Positions 1-15,300 are shown, counted from the first letter of the stretch. The stretch is DNA of 64,000 nt from Bugula neritina (GCA_964035545.1 OZ037766.1:7554722-7618721); one strand, 5' to 3'. The notes: generated by a model from the letters alone, not told the origin. A program made the numbers and translations.

Positions 1-150
1 TTACAGAATATGTGTATGTGGCACTGCACCACAATTCTATTGAAAATTTAGCATAATGTTACAACCCCTATAAGTAAGATTTTGCTAGAAATAATTTTAA
101 TTAAAAGTGTTGATTTCTGTGAAATGATGACTTTCATAATTTGTGTTCAG

Positions 151-3100
151 GTCAATAGTAAAGCCTAAAGCCATGCTGCCCCAAATTCTATCCGGCGAGG
201 GGGGCTCTTCAGACGTATCTTCACCTCACAAGACATCCAGTTTATCTCGGCTCAAGAGTGTTTCTGTATCGGTAAGATACTTCTCCTAAAGTAAAGTTAC
301 AGTGTCATAGTATGGTGCTAAAACATTGCAAGTGTCCTACTACAGTTGCCAGTTATTGTCAAAATCTATCGATATAAAAGATAAAGCTTACCACTCACTA
401 TACATTAGTTGCTTTATTAATTTGAATAAAAGATCCACCATATTCTAATCAATTGCTGTGTTTCACTATAATTCATGTGTTGTTAGGAATTTACTCCAGA
501 TTCTATTTCTGAGGTAAATTTATTCTGTTTGATTGATTGATTGATCGATTAATTGAGAGCTAAGCGAGTTTCTAACTTTTCTCAAAATTATCAGCATGTT
601 TCTCATGTTATATGTACAAAATACAATTGTGTTAAACAATTGTATTGCTAATCCAGTTCCACTTTCTTACTCTATTTGGAAGATATGCCTGAATTTTTGC
701 AATTTCCATTTTCCTTTTTTCTAATTGTTAACCAATCCTCCATTTGACAAGTTTTATAAAATCAGGGAGTAATAGCGTGAGTAGCCTGTATACTGTATTA
801 TTTATAAATAGTAATATAAATAGAGACATCACGCTGCCATCTGTAAAGTACTATTGGTTGTTGCAGGACCTGACCAGGCAGCATTCTCTTCCTTCAGCAG
901 GTCTCACCAAGTCTAGGAGTCAGACGATGCTCCAGTCGACTGCTGTTGCCCCAGAATCCAAAGATCTTACTCCATTGGTCAAGAGTCTCATTGTACGTTT
1001 GCTGCCTGAACTGGGTCATCCTGTACCATTGCACTGAGTCATCCTGTAATATTATTCTTAGTCATCATTTACCATTGCACTGAGTCATCCTGTACCATTA
1101 TACTGAGTCATCATTTACCATTGCACTGAGTCATCCTGTACCATTATACTGAGTTATACTGTACCATTATACTGAGTCATCCTGTACCATTGTGTTATTT
1201 ATTCTTACTAATACTTATTTGATTGCTCATCTCTTCTTGCTTGCAGTTACCTAATGGTAGTACGAGACAGGTGATGTATATCGAGGGAAAGCAGGCTAAC
1301 CAAATGTTTGATGATATATGGAAAGCTAGTCCGGGTTCTGCCACTTCTGCGTTTGATCATGATTCAGATTCCCATTCTCACAGCTCAGCCAGTGAACTCA
1401 GGGTGAAAGGAAGGCTGCTGACTTATTCGCTGAGTAACTCCGTTATTGGAGACGAGATGGTTGATTCTGCAATTGTAAGTCAGCACGGTTTATTCGCTGC
1501 CGTTATCTTACAGACTTTCTGTTTTCAATTATGTAGTATTTTCATCCTAAAGTTGTATTTTGTTTAGCCTTTAAACTGCCTGTAAATAAAAGTTTCACTT
1601 TTCACAAATATTCACGAATAAATTAACCCATTTAACTGTTAAGAACAACAGCTAAATGAGTTAATATTGCTCTTGGTATTGGCAAGTCATAGCAGCATAT
1701 TGACAGCATACTAATGCTACTCTGCTTTTCACCTGACAACCAGAATGCTATAATTTTTGTGACCTGATATGTTGCACTCTCTGGTAATGGTGCAACAGGG
1801 TCCCTGTGAGCTCAATTAAGTTGCCATCAAGGTCTTTCACTTGACAAAAAAGTTTGCAGATTATTGATCTTTTATATGATAAGGAGTGTAACAGCATGAC
1901 TTATATTGATGAACTTACTTATAGCAACGTGTTAATACCAGCAATGCTGACATAGAGATACATATGCTCTATTTTACTGTGTCGGGAGCCAAATGAAAAG
2001 TATTTTTTATCTCTTAGTAAAAATAAAGTTACAAATAGGTTATTTGCCCGCTAGATAAAATAGGTTATAGATAATCTCTCCCTTTGAAGGTTATGAGACA
2101 CCAAGTCTTTTGTTTTAATGATTTTATTGCACTCTGTTGAGTAGTGCCACTGTGTAAATGATAATCAAAACCTATATTGAAATTTTGACTCTGCCGCACA
2201 TATGGGTGATTCCAAGAAAATTATGCCTAAAAATAAAAAAGATTGTGAATTCATCAAAATATTTTATTCAAAGTATTTTTATGTGCCGATTTCAAATATG
2301 CATTGGCAAAAAGGCTGATAATGGGTCCTAGTAACAATAAAACACAACACCGTGAACAAAATAGTTCAGCACTTGTCTACTGTTGTGTTTTATTCTGATC
2401 AAATTTGGTCTCTGGGTCTCTGCATGTCTTTATATCACTTCGTTACCATCATATCTATATTATATATTTTATTTCTCTTCCATCAAACTTCAATTTTTGT
2501 TCATTATTAGCTTTTAATTTCTTCTTCATTTTTAAAACAAGGATTTTGGTTCCTCTATCTCTGGTATTGCTCAGAGTGCTAATGTTTTAGTGATTCCGTT
2601 TATTAAAGGGTTCTAAGTTGTCATCAGAGTATGATTCAGAAAATGGTCAGTTGACTCACCTACAGAACTCCAGTAGCTCCGCCTCTGTTGCAATCTGCTC
2701 CACCTATGTGTACGCCTCCTACATGGTAGATAACAGAGATGCCGTATCTGTTCTGGCTGACAAAACTGTAAGTATTGCTGTCAGAACTTGTTCCTCGAAT
2801 ACAACTATAGTAGGTGCTCAGCATAAATACACTTAAGTAAGGATTTGTATACTATTTCTGAATATAGCAATACGTTTAGCCACTAAAATCATTTGCCAAT
2901 AAAAGTTTTCTTCAAATTTTTAATGACATGCAAGTTTGAATGTCTACATTTCAACAATGTATGAATTTTAGGCTCGTAGTGTGTTTGTATCTGGATACGT
3001 AAGTATGAGTAATATGGTGTAACGTCTTCTAATGGTATTATAGTGGTTCTAACTAGTAGTTCAGACATATTATACATGACATTTACAATCGTATACTCTG

Positions 3101-6100
3101 TCTGAATGTAGTTTCTCTAAACGCACATAGCTCCACACTGTTTCAACATATAACCTTAGCTATGTTTGTTACTATCTCACCACACTCTTCTAGCTATACG
3201 CCTCTACCTCACTACACTTTACCAACCATACAGCCTTCTTACCTTATAATATGCACTTTATTAAATGTGCATTTCAGTTTTGAATTTAAATCTATATGAC
3301 ATGATTATATTTTGTTTTCCATTTTTATTCATGAACCGCTGAAAATTGTGTTGATAGTGTAACTAATAGATGATATTTTTAGGGTTTACACTAACAAATA
3401 ATTTATGCAAGTCTCCAAATCCAATACTATTATTATGTTTTATTATATTCAATATTTCTTGCACATTCATATACGTGGTAAATTTTGTAGGAAAACAAGT
3501 CAGTTGATGGAATTAAGAAAAAAATTGCTGACTTAAGTCAGCAAATTGGGGTGAATGTGAAACGCCGTAACAAAGCATGTAAATATGTGAAGAAGATACA
3601 TGAGTCTTCTCAAGGGAAAGGTGAATATTTTAAGATATTTATTTTACGTATATATCAGCTGCTACTACTATTACTGCTACCACCACCACCACCACCACCA
3701 CTACCACCACCACCACCACCATCACCATCACCACCTCCACCACCTCCACCACCTCCACCACCTCCACCATTGCAGTTACTACTACTATTACTATCATTGC
3801 TACTACTGCTACTACTACTAATAATACTGCTACTACTGATACTACAACTGCTACTACTAACACTTTTAAAGAGTTGAGACTGCTCTGATTGTAGGCTCTG
3901 GAGACTACAAGGCCATGTTGAACCAAATACAAGTCGACTATAAAGATGCTGTCACTGAACTGGACTACTTGTGTCATGCTAAACTGCAGCTAGAAATCCT
4001 ATTGGCTGGCCAGGCATCTATTGACGTATCATGTCTGTTCTCTTTCACTAAACCTAGCAGACCACTTCTAGTTATTGAAACCAAAGAAAATCCTCGCCTT
4101 CAATTTCAGACAAAAATAGACAGCAGGAGTAGCAAAGAGGTTGAAGTGTTGTATGCTGGTGAACCCTACGGCCTTCTCTCATATCTCTATGCTAAGTATG
4201 TCTACTAGACAGAAAGTTAATGTGTATTTACACATGTGATGAACTCTTATATGTTGCTTTCGATTTTATTCATTGATAACACTTTTTGTTTTGTTTTCTT
4301 TTTGTAACTTTATAGTAAACCAAGCTTTAGTCAAAAACTTTTTTTTAAAACCATGCAGTATTTTCATTTGCCCAATATTGGTTTTTCTCAAGAGAAATGT
4401 TGGAGTTTCTTTTTCGCTCAGTTTGATCATAGATTGGTGAATAGAGTTAATTTTGATGCCAGATTGAAATAGGTGTTGTGTTTTACAAAACTAATTCTTG
4501 GATGAATATGAAGCACAGGCATAGTACCTATTCTATTTGCCGATTCCATAACCTCTATACCAGTAGATTCTGAAGTTGTTAATGATGAAAATAATAATTC
4601 AGGTTGCTAACATTATGCAGTGGCGTACATAGTAGCCATTAGTATACTCTAGCGTAGTCACTGATGCATGTTGCCATATGTTGCAGAGGGTCACTTGAAG
4701 ATGGATATATTCTAGACTTTTTCCATTCCTACAGATACTTCCTTTCTGCTAAAGACATCATGGCTTTTATCACTGAGAAATACAATGCAGCAAAAGAGTA
4801 TGCTATTATAGAGTTAATATATTACAGATTTATGTGAAGTGTTGAAGTATAATTGTAGAAATTATTTCCCTCTTTAGCTTTCTAGTTTTTAGTTTCAAAA
4901 ATATATTGTGCATATTTCTTGTATACGAAGTTAGCAAATAGAAAATAATATAATACATTTATTCTATTTTTTTTATCTATCTGTGTTGATGTTTGTTTTC
5001 TTTATCAACTATTAACCTTTGATAAAGTGTTTAAACTATGTGGTGAAATATATTGAAGATTCCAGATATCAATTCTATCATTTGATTATAATGTAATTTT
5101 AATACTCTTCTGTTTATAAGGTTGAAGCCTTGCCCTATACGGGAGAAGGTTATGAAAAGATCTCTGGATTTGCTGACATTTTGGGTGACATCATACTACA
5201 GTGCTGACTTTATTCTTTCTCCAACTGTAGTTGTGGCATTGGTAAACTTCCTACAAGATGAGGTTTGTTGATGCTACACTAACTCTTTGTCTATATTACT
5301 ATTGTAAAAAGTTAGTTGCATAGGCTGGAGTTGAACTCAATTTTTATTCGGTTTTTATACAAGTTTAAAAAAGTTATGTTTCCTATTTATTAAATGCTGG
5401 AATAGAAATTTGTATAATGTTATTAAAAGTCATAAAGGAGTAAGTTCAGGAACCATTTATACCTACTAAAAGAGTTTTAATCAAGTGTTTGCATAAAATT
5501 AGCATAGGTCTTTAGATTTGAAGAAAATTTATAAAATTTAGAGATTTTTTAGTTTTCTATTTTTTGTAATGTATATTCGTAAATTAAGTTTTAAATCGAG
5601 GTTTAAAACTAATTTTGTCAAGAATATTGAATAAAATTATCAGCTGAAGCTAATAGAGTACGAAATCTTTAACAAGTAGAATAAAAATTCTGTATCTCAT
5701 ATTTAAATTCAGTAGAGCTGATTTAACTGTAGATTGTGAATGTTACATGCAATGCAAACATGCTGTTACATGTGCATACATGTTGACATGTTACACATGT
5801 ATTTGCAGGTGCTGAGTGAGCATCAAACCGAATGTGAACCCCTTCTTAGACTCTTGGATGAATATGAGAATGATAAAGGGAAAAACTCTGTGTTTATTAA
5901 CCCACTGCCAGTCAATGATTCCCTGCCACATCAAGATGAAGAACTCAACCAACTGAGCAAAAAGGTACCATAAATGTTTTGAGATGTTCATAATTTTTGA
6001 AATATGCCCTCATCTTTGATAAAGATAGTGTATGTCTTTAACACTTGTACTAGGTAGCTGAAACGATGTCCAGTAAAAATGGCACCGGTAAAAAAGGTCC

Positions 6101-9100
6101 AGGTAATAATGGCACAAATGGCAAAGTGGTTAAAAATGGCAAATTTTTAATATTAGGGTTTAAGGTGGGATTGGATGTTTGGGATGGCGATTTAGGTTTG
6201 GGAATGGGGGTTTGAGTTTGGGGTTGGGTTTAAGGGTTGTGAGTTTGAGTTTGGGAAAATTCAACATCAGTGTGCGATTTTCTTCCACTTTTCCATTTGT
6301 GCCCTTATTACCAGTGCCATGTTTACCTAAAATTAGCTGAAACATATACAAACACAAAAGCTTGATAAAGCAACAGACACAAACTCATCAGCAGAATATT
6401 TAAAGTATAGCTACAGTGTATGCTTAATACAGCAATTCTTGTGTTTCTTATACCAGTATCCATTCACTCGACTAGTGACTGGAGATAAACTCATAACAGG
6501 TGTCTACACTGAGGATTTGGTTGGGTATTGCTGCTCGGTGAGGGCTGGTGAGGGGCGTCCCGCCTTTACCCATATTAAAACAATGTCCAGGTGTCTAACA
6601 CTCTTCGTGTGTTGCTATAATGTATCTCTGTGACTTTGGGCTCATCGGATGTAAAGCCTGCTGCCCACTTTAAAATATGTCTCAAACAAATCAAAAGATA
6701 CTGTTATTACCAAATGAAAGTAACATACATTTATTGAAAGAATATTTATTTAAGCATTATACCATGCATTGTCAACCCTACTAGTGGTTAGTTTTTTTAA
6801 CTTCAATAAATTACAATCTAATGAAGTGCTCCATATCTTGACTGTTTTACAATCGGTGGCTGGTTTCAATTTTGAACAAGCATCTCCCCTGTCTGCCCAT
6901 GTCACAGAGATACCTCTTGCCTTCCCACTGTCCAGTGTGCTGTGGAGTCTTATATACGCATATGATTGTGTAACTGTGGCTAGTTAGGCATCATCAATTT
7001 TTCTTATCTTGTTATTGTGGGTATGCATATATCTAATGCCCCTATATTCGTTTATAATTTATGCAAGTATGTTTTGTCAATTTAAAAAGAAATTTTATTC
7101 TGCAATACACTATAGTGAATAGAGTATAGACAAAATAAAAACAAGCTTCATGTAATATCAAGTAGCAATTATCAGAATTAAAAGAGTTTGGTATTTTTAC
7201 AATATCCCATCTATACTGATGCTGCTTCGAGGTAATTTGAAAGCTGTAGAGTGTGCATGTAATATGCAGGTGTTGTGTACAACCAGTGTAGTGGTTGAAA
7301 GTTGAAAAATCTAAGTTGTTGGAATTGTTACATTGAAGGGTTCTATTAGACGTTCAAATACCTTTCGACGTTCTGACTCTGATGATTGGGCCGTGGATAG
7401 TAAAGTATGTCCAGAGTTGGCCTCATTATTTTGTTTTTGCTAACCATCCAGCCTACAATCAGTGCTAAAAATGTACTTTTATATTTTATTGCACTTCTGT
7501 GTAAAACGCTTGTTGCCACCCATTCATTTGGTTCTTTTCTTCCTAAGTTTTGGCATAATTGCCACTTGCTTGATTTGAAAATAATTGCTGTTTTGCATTG
7601 TAATTTTTGTTGCTATTTTTTATAAAACCGCTTTAGGCTCTATTGGAAACCGTTTTAGCTTCAATTAAAGAAAGGTTACAGATTTCCTTTTGTCAAAAAG
7701 TCTCATAGATGGGCATATATTTTAGTTTTTGTGCACTGCAACTAAAATGTCATAAAAATCTGCCTGTTAGAATTTCTATAAACGAAAAAGAACTATGTTG
7801 TCAATCTGCAAAGCTAGATTACTGAGTACCTAACATGGTATTAGTTTGATTTTTGCTGCTACATCTGAGCATTACACTCATAGCTATTCATTTATTTCAT
7901 TTATTCTTTATCTACATGTATATGTCCTACCAAAATAATTCATAGCTCTTAAAAATGAGCAAATAACTTACCTTTCATTCGTTGCAAACTTACACGTTTG
8001 GCATTCTTACTGTCACTTTTAGTGGAATGCAACTAAAACCATACTAACTATTGGATCTGGTAAAAGCACTGTACAGTATCAGAAGACAGGCTACTCTATA
8101 ATCTCATACGTACCCAAATCCAAGAAACTTGGCAAAGAGAGTATAACTCCCTCTTCTTCATTTTCTTCGGACTCTTTTTCCATAATAGACCATCGAGCAG
8201 GAGATATAGCAGAGCAATTGACTCTCATGGACCAGGTAATGTAACTATGTGATGTACTAGTAACTATGTAATGTACTATTAACTATGTGATGCACTAGTA
8301 ACTATGTGATACACTAGTAGTAACTGTGTGATGTGCTAGTAACTATCATTTCGTAGTTTATACATGTGTGTTATGTGCAAACCATTTTGATATAGCATAA
8401 TATTTTATCGAACACATTTAATTAAAGTGCATGACTGATTAGCAAAATTAATTATTCAACTCGTTAGTAACTGAATTTGAAGACATAATATATCTACTCA
8501 TTTGATATACTTGTAGACTTTATTCCAAAACATACATCCTGTCAACTTTATGAATACGTTGGCTCAAGGAATAGGAGCCTCTTTAGTGGGTAGTAATGCT
8601 GACACTATACCTAATCAAGAGAAGAAGCTGCTGTTTCATAGTGACTATGTGCAGTTGGTTGGAGTGTCCGATATGATTCAACATTCCAGGAGATTAGCTC
8701 ATTGGGTGACCGCAGAGGTTATCAGTGCTGCTAATGTAAAGGTATTGCTATTTATGTTTCTCACAAACTCTGGTTTTTTCAAATGGCATTTCCATAGTAT
8801 TGCTAACAGCAATAGCTTCATTCTTGCTGTTTTAAAAGATATAACTTTTGTTGTGAATTTATAAATTTAAGTAGTTTATACTGCACTTTTTAAACAACCG
8901 TTTGTCATCACAGTTAGTTTCAACTATAGACGTTATGACCTGTTCGTATACAGGCATTTCCTTGAAAAAACACCTGTTTTTACTTGACATCATCACCTGT
9001 TTAAGAAATTTACACATGCGTGTAGAGGTGTCTGGATAAATCGCTTACTTTGGTTGGTTGAGCAATTCAATAATTACATATTTTAAACCATTTTTGAATG

Positions 9101-10790
9101 CTACTTGCTTCAAGTAAAACGAAATAGTTTTCATGCAAAACGTTTATTTATTCCTTTTAAATGCATGAATTTTTTCCAACAAGAAGATGTTTGAATACAG
9201 TTTTAATAGCTTTGCTTTCTCCAGAAACTGTGGACAAATTTTTATGATTGAATATTTTATGTTATTTAGACTCAGGTAGCTGTTGTTAGCAAGTTCCTGC
9301 ATATTGCCAAAATATGCAAAGACCTAAGAAATTTTGCAACTTCTATGGCCATCAAAGATGGTTTGGATCATCCACTCATAAGATATATACCAGTAAGTCC
9401 TTGCAATCTTTATTATGATTATGGTGCGTCACTGGCCCATTTTCAAAGTTTTCAATTATTTTGTCTGTCTAATAATGAATAATGCTTTACTTACAATACA
9501 ATTGTTATGTAATGGGTGTAATGTGTATGTTATGTGTTCCATCTATTTACTCATGTATGTCATATGCACTGTACAATCAGCTTGTTATGTAATGCTGTGA
9601 TTCTATTATGTAATTTATTTAGACACTTTTTAAAGTTGGAGAAGTTCTTGTAAAATAAAGACAACTGTTTAACAACAATAAGCATGCCAGGTTTTTAATG
9701 GTCACCTTTCACCGCTGTGGTCCTGTTCTGTTCTATAAATTTAAAATCATTGGGTGAGGTGGGTGAAAAAAAGAGTATTTGCCCCAAATTCTGATAGTAA
9801 ATTGCATTGTAAGAAGTTCTCCAATAGAATATAACTCTTTTTAGAAAACAAATTCTATAGTACTAAAGACTAAGTAATACCAGCTAAGTACAACAAATTG
9901 GCAACTTTTCATAGAAATGGGAATATAGGTGTTGCTGACATTTGTTTTTTTCACGATTAGCATTCCAATTATAATCCAACCATCATTTACACATTTTCAT
10001 TATAATTTTAGCAATCTGTTTCTATTGTGGAAGGTTTTCCCCTAAAAAGGAAAATAAGTATTGGTGTGTGTAACAATTTGTATTTGCTGTCATACTATCT
10101 TATTATAAATGAAATTTCATTAATTTACTTGACCATTTACTGTATGTTTTTTCTTTGCAATGCAAAGTTAATCTAATTCAGGTAATTGAATATCATTATG
10201 TGCAATGTAATATATAAACACTGGAAAGATCATTGGCCAGTTTAGCCATTGATAATTTGTCTTGGTAGGCATGGAAGGAAGTTCCAACTAAACTGATGCA
10301 GGAGCTGAAAGATACTAAACTGCTACTTAAAACCAATGCCGATGCAGTAAAGGCTCCTGAGGATATGGAGGGAATACCAACTATTCCCTGTGCACTAATA
10401 TTTTCTCTACATGTCCAGCAGTTAGAGCAAGGTGGCTTCACCCTGGCTAATGGCATGTACCGTTGGCCAAAACTTAGGTCAGTTGAATGTACATTGCTTG
10501 GCTTTATTCATTTGAAGTTTTCAAGTATTTATAAACTTTTTTTACTTTGTGTATTTGCTTATAGGTCACTGGCCAAGCTAGTCGATTTAATAAGAATCTG
10601 TAAAAATTCTACATTCAAGTTTGTATCAGATCCCTTACTGAAAGAGCAGCTACAGAACCGTATATCTGATATGCATACTCATAATTTGGAAACTCTAGTG
10701 TGGACATCAAGTGATGACAATAAATCTGGCACCAGTTCATCATCTCGCTGGTCAACTGTGCTTAAAAAAATGAAAGGGAAATTTGCATAG
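151..10790 (+). CDS. KNDC1: KNDC1/very-KIND-like Ras guanine nucleotide exchange factor (multi-exon, 5' part outside window)
   Basis: Spliced exons give a REM-like segment (LYAGEPYGLLSYLYAK...GSLEDGYILDFFHSYRYFLSAKDIMAFITEKYN; ~3895-4195, ~4687-4797) and a CDC25-like RasGEF domain (IAEQLTLMDQ ~8200; HSRRLAHWVTAEVISAANVK ~8680-8740; KFLHIAKICKDLRNFATSMAIKDGL ~9290-9365; PTIPCALIFSLHVQQLEQGGFTLANGMYRWPKLR; FVSDPLLKEQLQNRI...KKMKGKFA*, stop 10790). These match remembered KNDC1 motifs. The KIND domain is not seen and upstream exon boundaries are approximate. Confidence 0.85.
1011..1192. repeat. Intronic tandem repeat, ~22-bp unit (TGAGTCATCCTGTACCATTGCAC-like)
   Basis: About 8 degenerate copies visible directly. 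Confidence 0.85.
3657..3860. repeat. Compound trinucleotide microsatellite (CTA)n/(CCA)n in a KNDC1 intron
   Basis: Visible directly. Lies between the donor at ~3620 and the acceptor at ~3894. Confidence 0.95.
6066..6338. mobile_element. Non-autonomous inverted-repeat element (MITE-like) with internally repeated arms and a G-rich core; copy 1
   Basis: Arms built of GGTAAAAATGGCAC/GTGCCATTTTTACC units flank a (TTTGGG)-like spacer. A second copy in opposite orientation is at 51888-52077. Confidence 0.75.
6470..6675 (+). mobile_element. Possible SINE fragment
   Basis: GC-richer intronic segment ending in ...CGGATGTAAAGCC..., reminiscent of invertebrate SINE cores. No second copy in the window. 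Confidence 0.3.
8238..8345. repeat. Intronic tandem repeat, ~19-bp unit (TAACTATGTGATGTACTAG)
   Basis: About 5-6 degenerate copies immediately after a splice donor. Confidence 0.85.
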
Positions 10791-12394
10791 CTTATCTGTG
10801 ATATATTATTTGTTTGTATAAATATTATTCTATCAATACAACTCTTTTTTGTTATTTTTGTTTATTATCTGTGATCATTTTTACATAATTTATGACCGAC
10901 ATTAGTTTTAGTATTTTTTATTCAGTTCCATCCAATTTTTGTTTATTTTGCTATATTCTAATATATTGAAATTTGTATCTTTTTATATATATATCCATAT
11001 ACCTTGAATACAGCATAAATTGCTAGAGGCAAGTTAGTTTTTTTATCGCTCATCCTGCAGGTATTGCAAACTTGATATAATATATGCAAATAATATGCTG
11101 ATGTAACAGCTTTATGAACACTTTGACATATATGGCTGCTTATTGGTAGCTATTTATATATTACAAAAAATGATGAAAGTTTGCATTTAAAATTATCAGT
11201 CAGCAAGTGAAATCTTGCAATCTATCTTTGCGTAATGTTTGGTTCCAAGTTTTCTTATGTAAAGTATGTCTTAGAAATACAAAGCCTGGCAACATAAATT
11301 TAAGTATGACAGTGCATTTTGTTTTGACTCAACAAAAATTGGCAATAAACATACCAGTAAAATCATGAAATAATTTATAACATACAGATATTTTTGCATT
11401 TAAAATTGCACTATCAAGAGTTTTAGGTATATAACATACCATAATGAAAATCCATGCATAGAAACTAGCGGAGTGTAAAATTGAGTTGAACAAGTACTAA
11501 AAGTAAAAACCTAGTTAAATGATGGTATGATGTTAACTAGCCCACCACTATAATAGCAATCAAGATTATCATTAGCATGCCACTCTGTAACATATCTGAA
11601 AACCAATTGAAAAAAATATTTCAACTTGTGGTATAAACTGGACCTTAATTCAACCATTAATAGATATTAGCACAAGATAAATGCGTACTGTAATGGGAGA
11701 TCTTGGTAGAGGCAGATGAGTGACAAGGACGGGGCATGTGCAGTACTCTTTCAGCGTTTGAGTAGCAACAGTAGACAGGTGAGTGACACCTTTCACTGGT
11801 GAAATATCCGCCGTGAGAATAACAGATGACTAGCTACTAAGTTCCATTGTAAAAAAAAACTTAGAAATGTATCTTGACATCACAGGCTTAAAAATGGGTG
11901 AGGGGAAGGAAATTCAAGATGGCAGCTAAAATTTCCAATACTGAAATGTATGCTCGACTATGAGCTAAGCTGCTTGCACCAGTCAATCAATTTATCATAA
12001 AACAGACTAGAGCTCAATTGAGCATTATGACTATCTTTATCACAGATGAGTACATCTAGTCAATGTTATAATTTCATAAATTGAAACTGCCCATTAAATT
12101 CTCTCAAACCCTGTGATACAAAAATACCTTTCTTCAACCATATAATAAGGTATTGAGTCAAATAACTTATAATAAACAACAGTAACAAAAAGATTACCCA
12201 AAACCAACATCTTGATTAAACATAGAATAAAATATAAAATGCATTAACTAACACATGGATGCACCAGAATAGCACTGAATGGAGTGTTTTCATGCACCAG
12301 CCTAAGTAAGACAGAAAGAAGACGAGGAAGACAGTGTGCCTGTGAGAAGTGCTGCCACACAACAGTGTGTATTTAGGAGGCATCACTTGAATGC

Positions 12395-15300
12395 TCACTT
12401 CTCTCTTCGAGCTCTCTTCTTTACATTTTTCATTTTCATTGGTTTAGCCTCCTCCCAGTCTAATCAAAGAGAGAATTTAGAACTTATTGACTAGTCGTGC
12501 ACATACACTTATACTTAATTTAAAACTTACTGATAAGTTGTGCGTATACTTTCATACTTGTGTCTTGTTGCAATACACAAGCAAAGCAGTGGAACATTTC
12601 TTTTGGATAAATTAGCAGTGTTGAGCTCAAATAGCAATTTATGTTCAAGAATTCTTGACACACTACATTTATACAGTATTAAAATATTAATATATGTATA
12701 TCTTAGCCATCATTTTCAGGCTATTTGAGGGTTGTATGCTCAAACAATTTTGATTTAGAAAAGAATTGTGCTAACATGGCATTGGTCATAATTTTTTTTC
12801 GTGAATTTTGTAGCCTAGTGTGCCTGGACAATCACATAGATGCCTGATTTTGTGCAAGTTCAGTGCTTTAGTCATTTACTAAGACTGAATAAATAGGTAG
12901 ACCGCAGTCATTATTTGAAATATTGGCAAATTTTCAAGTGTTATGGAGAAGACAACCCCAGTTATAGCTTACCACCAAACTCATTAAATGCTGGCTGCAT
13001 GGCATCCTCTAGATTCTTCTCTAAAGACAGCTGCTCTTCCGATTTGCTGCCAGGCTCAGTGACCTTGACCTTCGAGTCATTACTGGAAGACGGCCCCTAG
13101 CAATTCAAATATTAACACACGCTGACCACCTTGGCAAAATCGCAGTTTGCACAATGTCGAAATATCAGATGCCACGTAGCGACACGAGTACAGAGTACAC
13201 TCCCTACTAATATCAGATGCCACACCATGTAGCTACAGAGTGTGTAATTATAGTGCCACTTGGCAAGGGCAGGTCATCTCATGTAGATATTGGCACAGGG
13301 AAATTATTATTGCATAATGAAAAGAATAGTTACAAAGGAGATTCATAACAATTTCACAATAATTCTAGTTTAGCAGCCAGTTGGCCATTTCAACATTTAC
13401 ATGGTCGGATTGAAGTCTACATATAGCCAAGTATATAACTGTGGTTAGCCCCAATGAACCAACAGCAAAATAAGAGCAAGTTTCACTCTATGCTGTTCTA
13501 TCATTACAGGTTAGTTATCTACAGACCGGCTCCTATCTATCAACTGAGACTCACTTGAGAACTTACTTTAGTAGCTTCTCCAGCAGTCACTGGAATGTTA
13601 GAAGCAGTATCACTAACAGGCTTTGCTTCTGTTGAGCTGGTTTGAACAGTTTTTGATTTTGCCTCTTTAGTTGGTTTAGGCGCTTTATTATTGGAATCTT
13701 TGGAGTTTGATTTAACAGTTTCCTTTTTTTCTATAAGAAAAACACAATCTTAATGGTTCAACTGAATAAATACCCAACCATGCAGACTAGATTACAAACA
13801 GAGTTATCTATAAATGATGTATCACTGTTCTGAATAGATGCTGTGCAGACTGGATACAAGTTTGAAATTTATCCACTATACCTGACTATTACATCTGAGC
13901 CCATAATATAAGAGCCCAAAACTGCTATATCACAATGCTATCAAATAATAAACAAAGCTACAGGAGTATATTGTATTTCAAGTGAAAAGTAAATCACAAA
14001 CTGGAAGTGCTGGGCAACAGAGATCAGCAAGGTGAATTATGCTGATAAGCATAATAACATCGATGCAAAGCATGTAACTGCCATGTTATTTTGTGAGGTT
14101 GAAAAATATACTGAAGTTGGAATATATGCAATTTGGGCACTTTAAAGAAGTTAAATACTGGCAAGTGAAATCGTAGTAATGCTTTAGTTCAAACGTTGAA
14201 TAACACTACAAGCCGGGAGTACTACTTGTTCAGAAGTAATAGAAATGCAACCATCAAGCTAAGCTTCCACTCTGCTAAGTTTAGTCAAAAGTGCTGGAAA
14301 ACACTAATTCAATTTTGTTAAATATATAGAACTTCTTTATAGACTGGAGCAGAAACTTGGGATTTTGATAAAGAAAAAAAGCTATGCTAGGCGCTAGCAT
14401 ATTCCTACTTCTGTATGTATGTAATTTTGTATCATCTGAAAGCTAGAAATCGCATTCCTTAATCAATAAATAAGAGAATCAATAATTTTAGTGCTACTGT
14501 GAGAAGGAAAGTATAAAATAATACTCACCTTTCACTTGCTGAGATGAAAGTTTAGCAGCCTCAGCCTTTTCGGTCAGACGACGAGCTTCTTCAATTATAG
14601 CCTTCAAAAGGAAAGGAGACTTAGAAACATGGCATACACAACTCCTGCTTACAAGTGATGAAAAAATCGCACAAAATTAAATTTCAATCAACACAGCAGG
14701 TGTATGCAGATATTACATATCACTAGACTATAACACAGTAAAGAGGAACATATAATATCCGTGCAATAAGCTTACCTGTCGAGACTCTTCAGCTACTTGC
14801 TCGGCCATGCTTGACAAACTTTGAGCCTGCTTTGCCTTTTTGTCTTTATTAGACAACACAGTTACCCAATCGCCTATAATGCATTCCATAAAGATAAATT
14901 GGTGCAGAGTAAATAGTATAGTGAACTCATTTTAAAGCAACTTACTACTTACCATTGGACTGCTTACCCTGCAAACCTTTGCTATACATCATGTACAATA
15001 AAGAAAACGGATTTTGCTACCAATTTTACAGCTATGTGGAGTTAATATGAAAATGATTTAAAATATTTTAAACAGATTTTTCTAGTATGAAACTTTCAAG
15101 TAAATTAATGGAAATGCCAGATAACATAAATATTACACACTCAATATATTATTTTGACAATAGATAATAATTGTATACCCAGTACCTTGTTGGGCTTCTT
15201 TTTTCATTAGAGCTTTCTCCAACCTAGCAGCTGCGAGTTCCTCCTCTTTCTTTGCATCCTTCGCTGCGGTAACTTTGAGCTCCACTCTTACCTTCTACAA

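Noticed and set aside
3551-3977. Poly-Pro, poly-His and poly-Val ORFs
   Set aside because: Frames of an intronic (CTA)/(CCA) microsatellite. The flanking KNDC1 exons splice around it.
6160-6357. ORF within the G-rich element; interstitial telomere
   Set aside because: Lies inside a dispersed inverted repeat, and there is no true (TTAGGG)n array.
10791-12394. SECIS element or ncRNA in the 3'UTR interval, prompted by the nearby tRNA-Sec
   Set aside because: No in-frame TGA in the gene models and no recognisable SECIS or snoRNA structure by eye.
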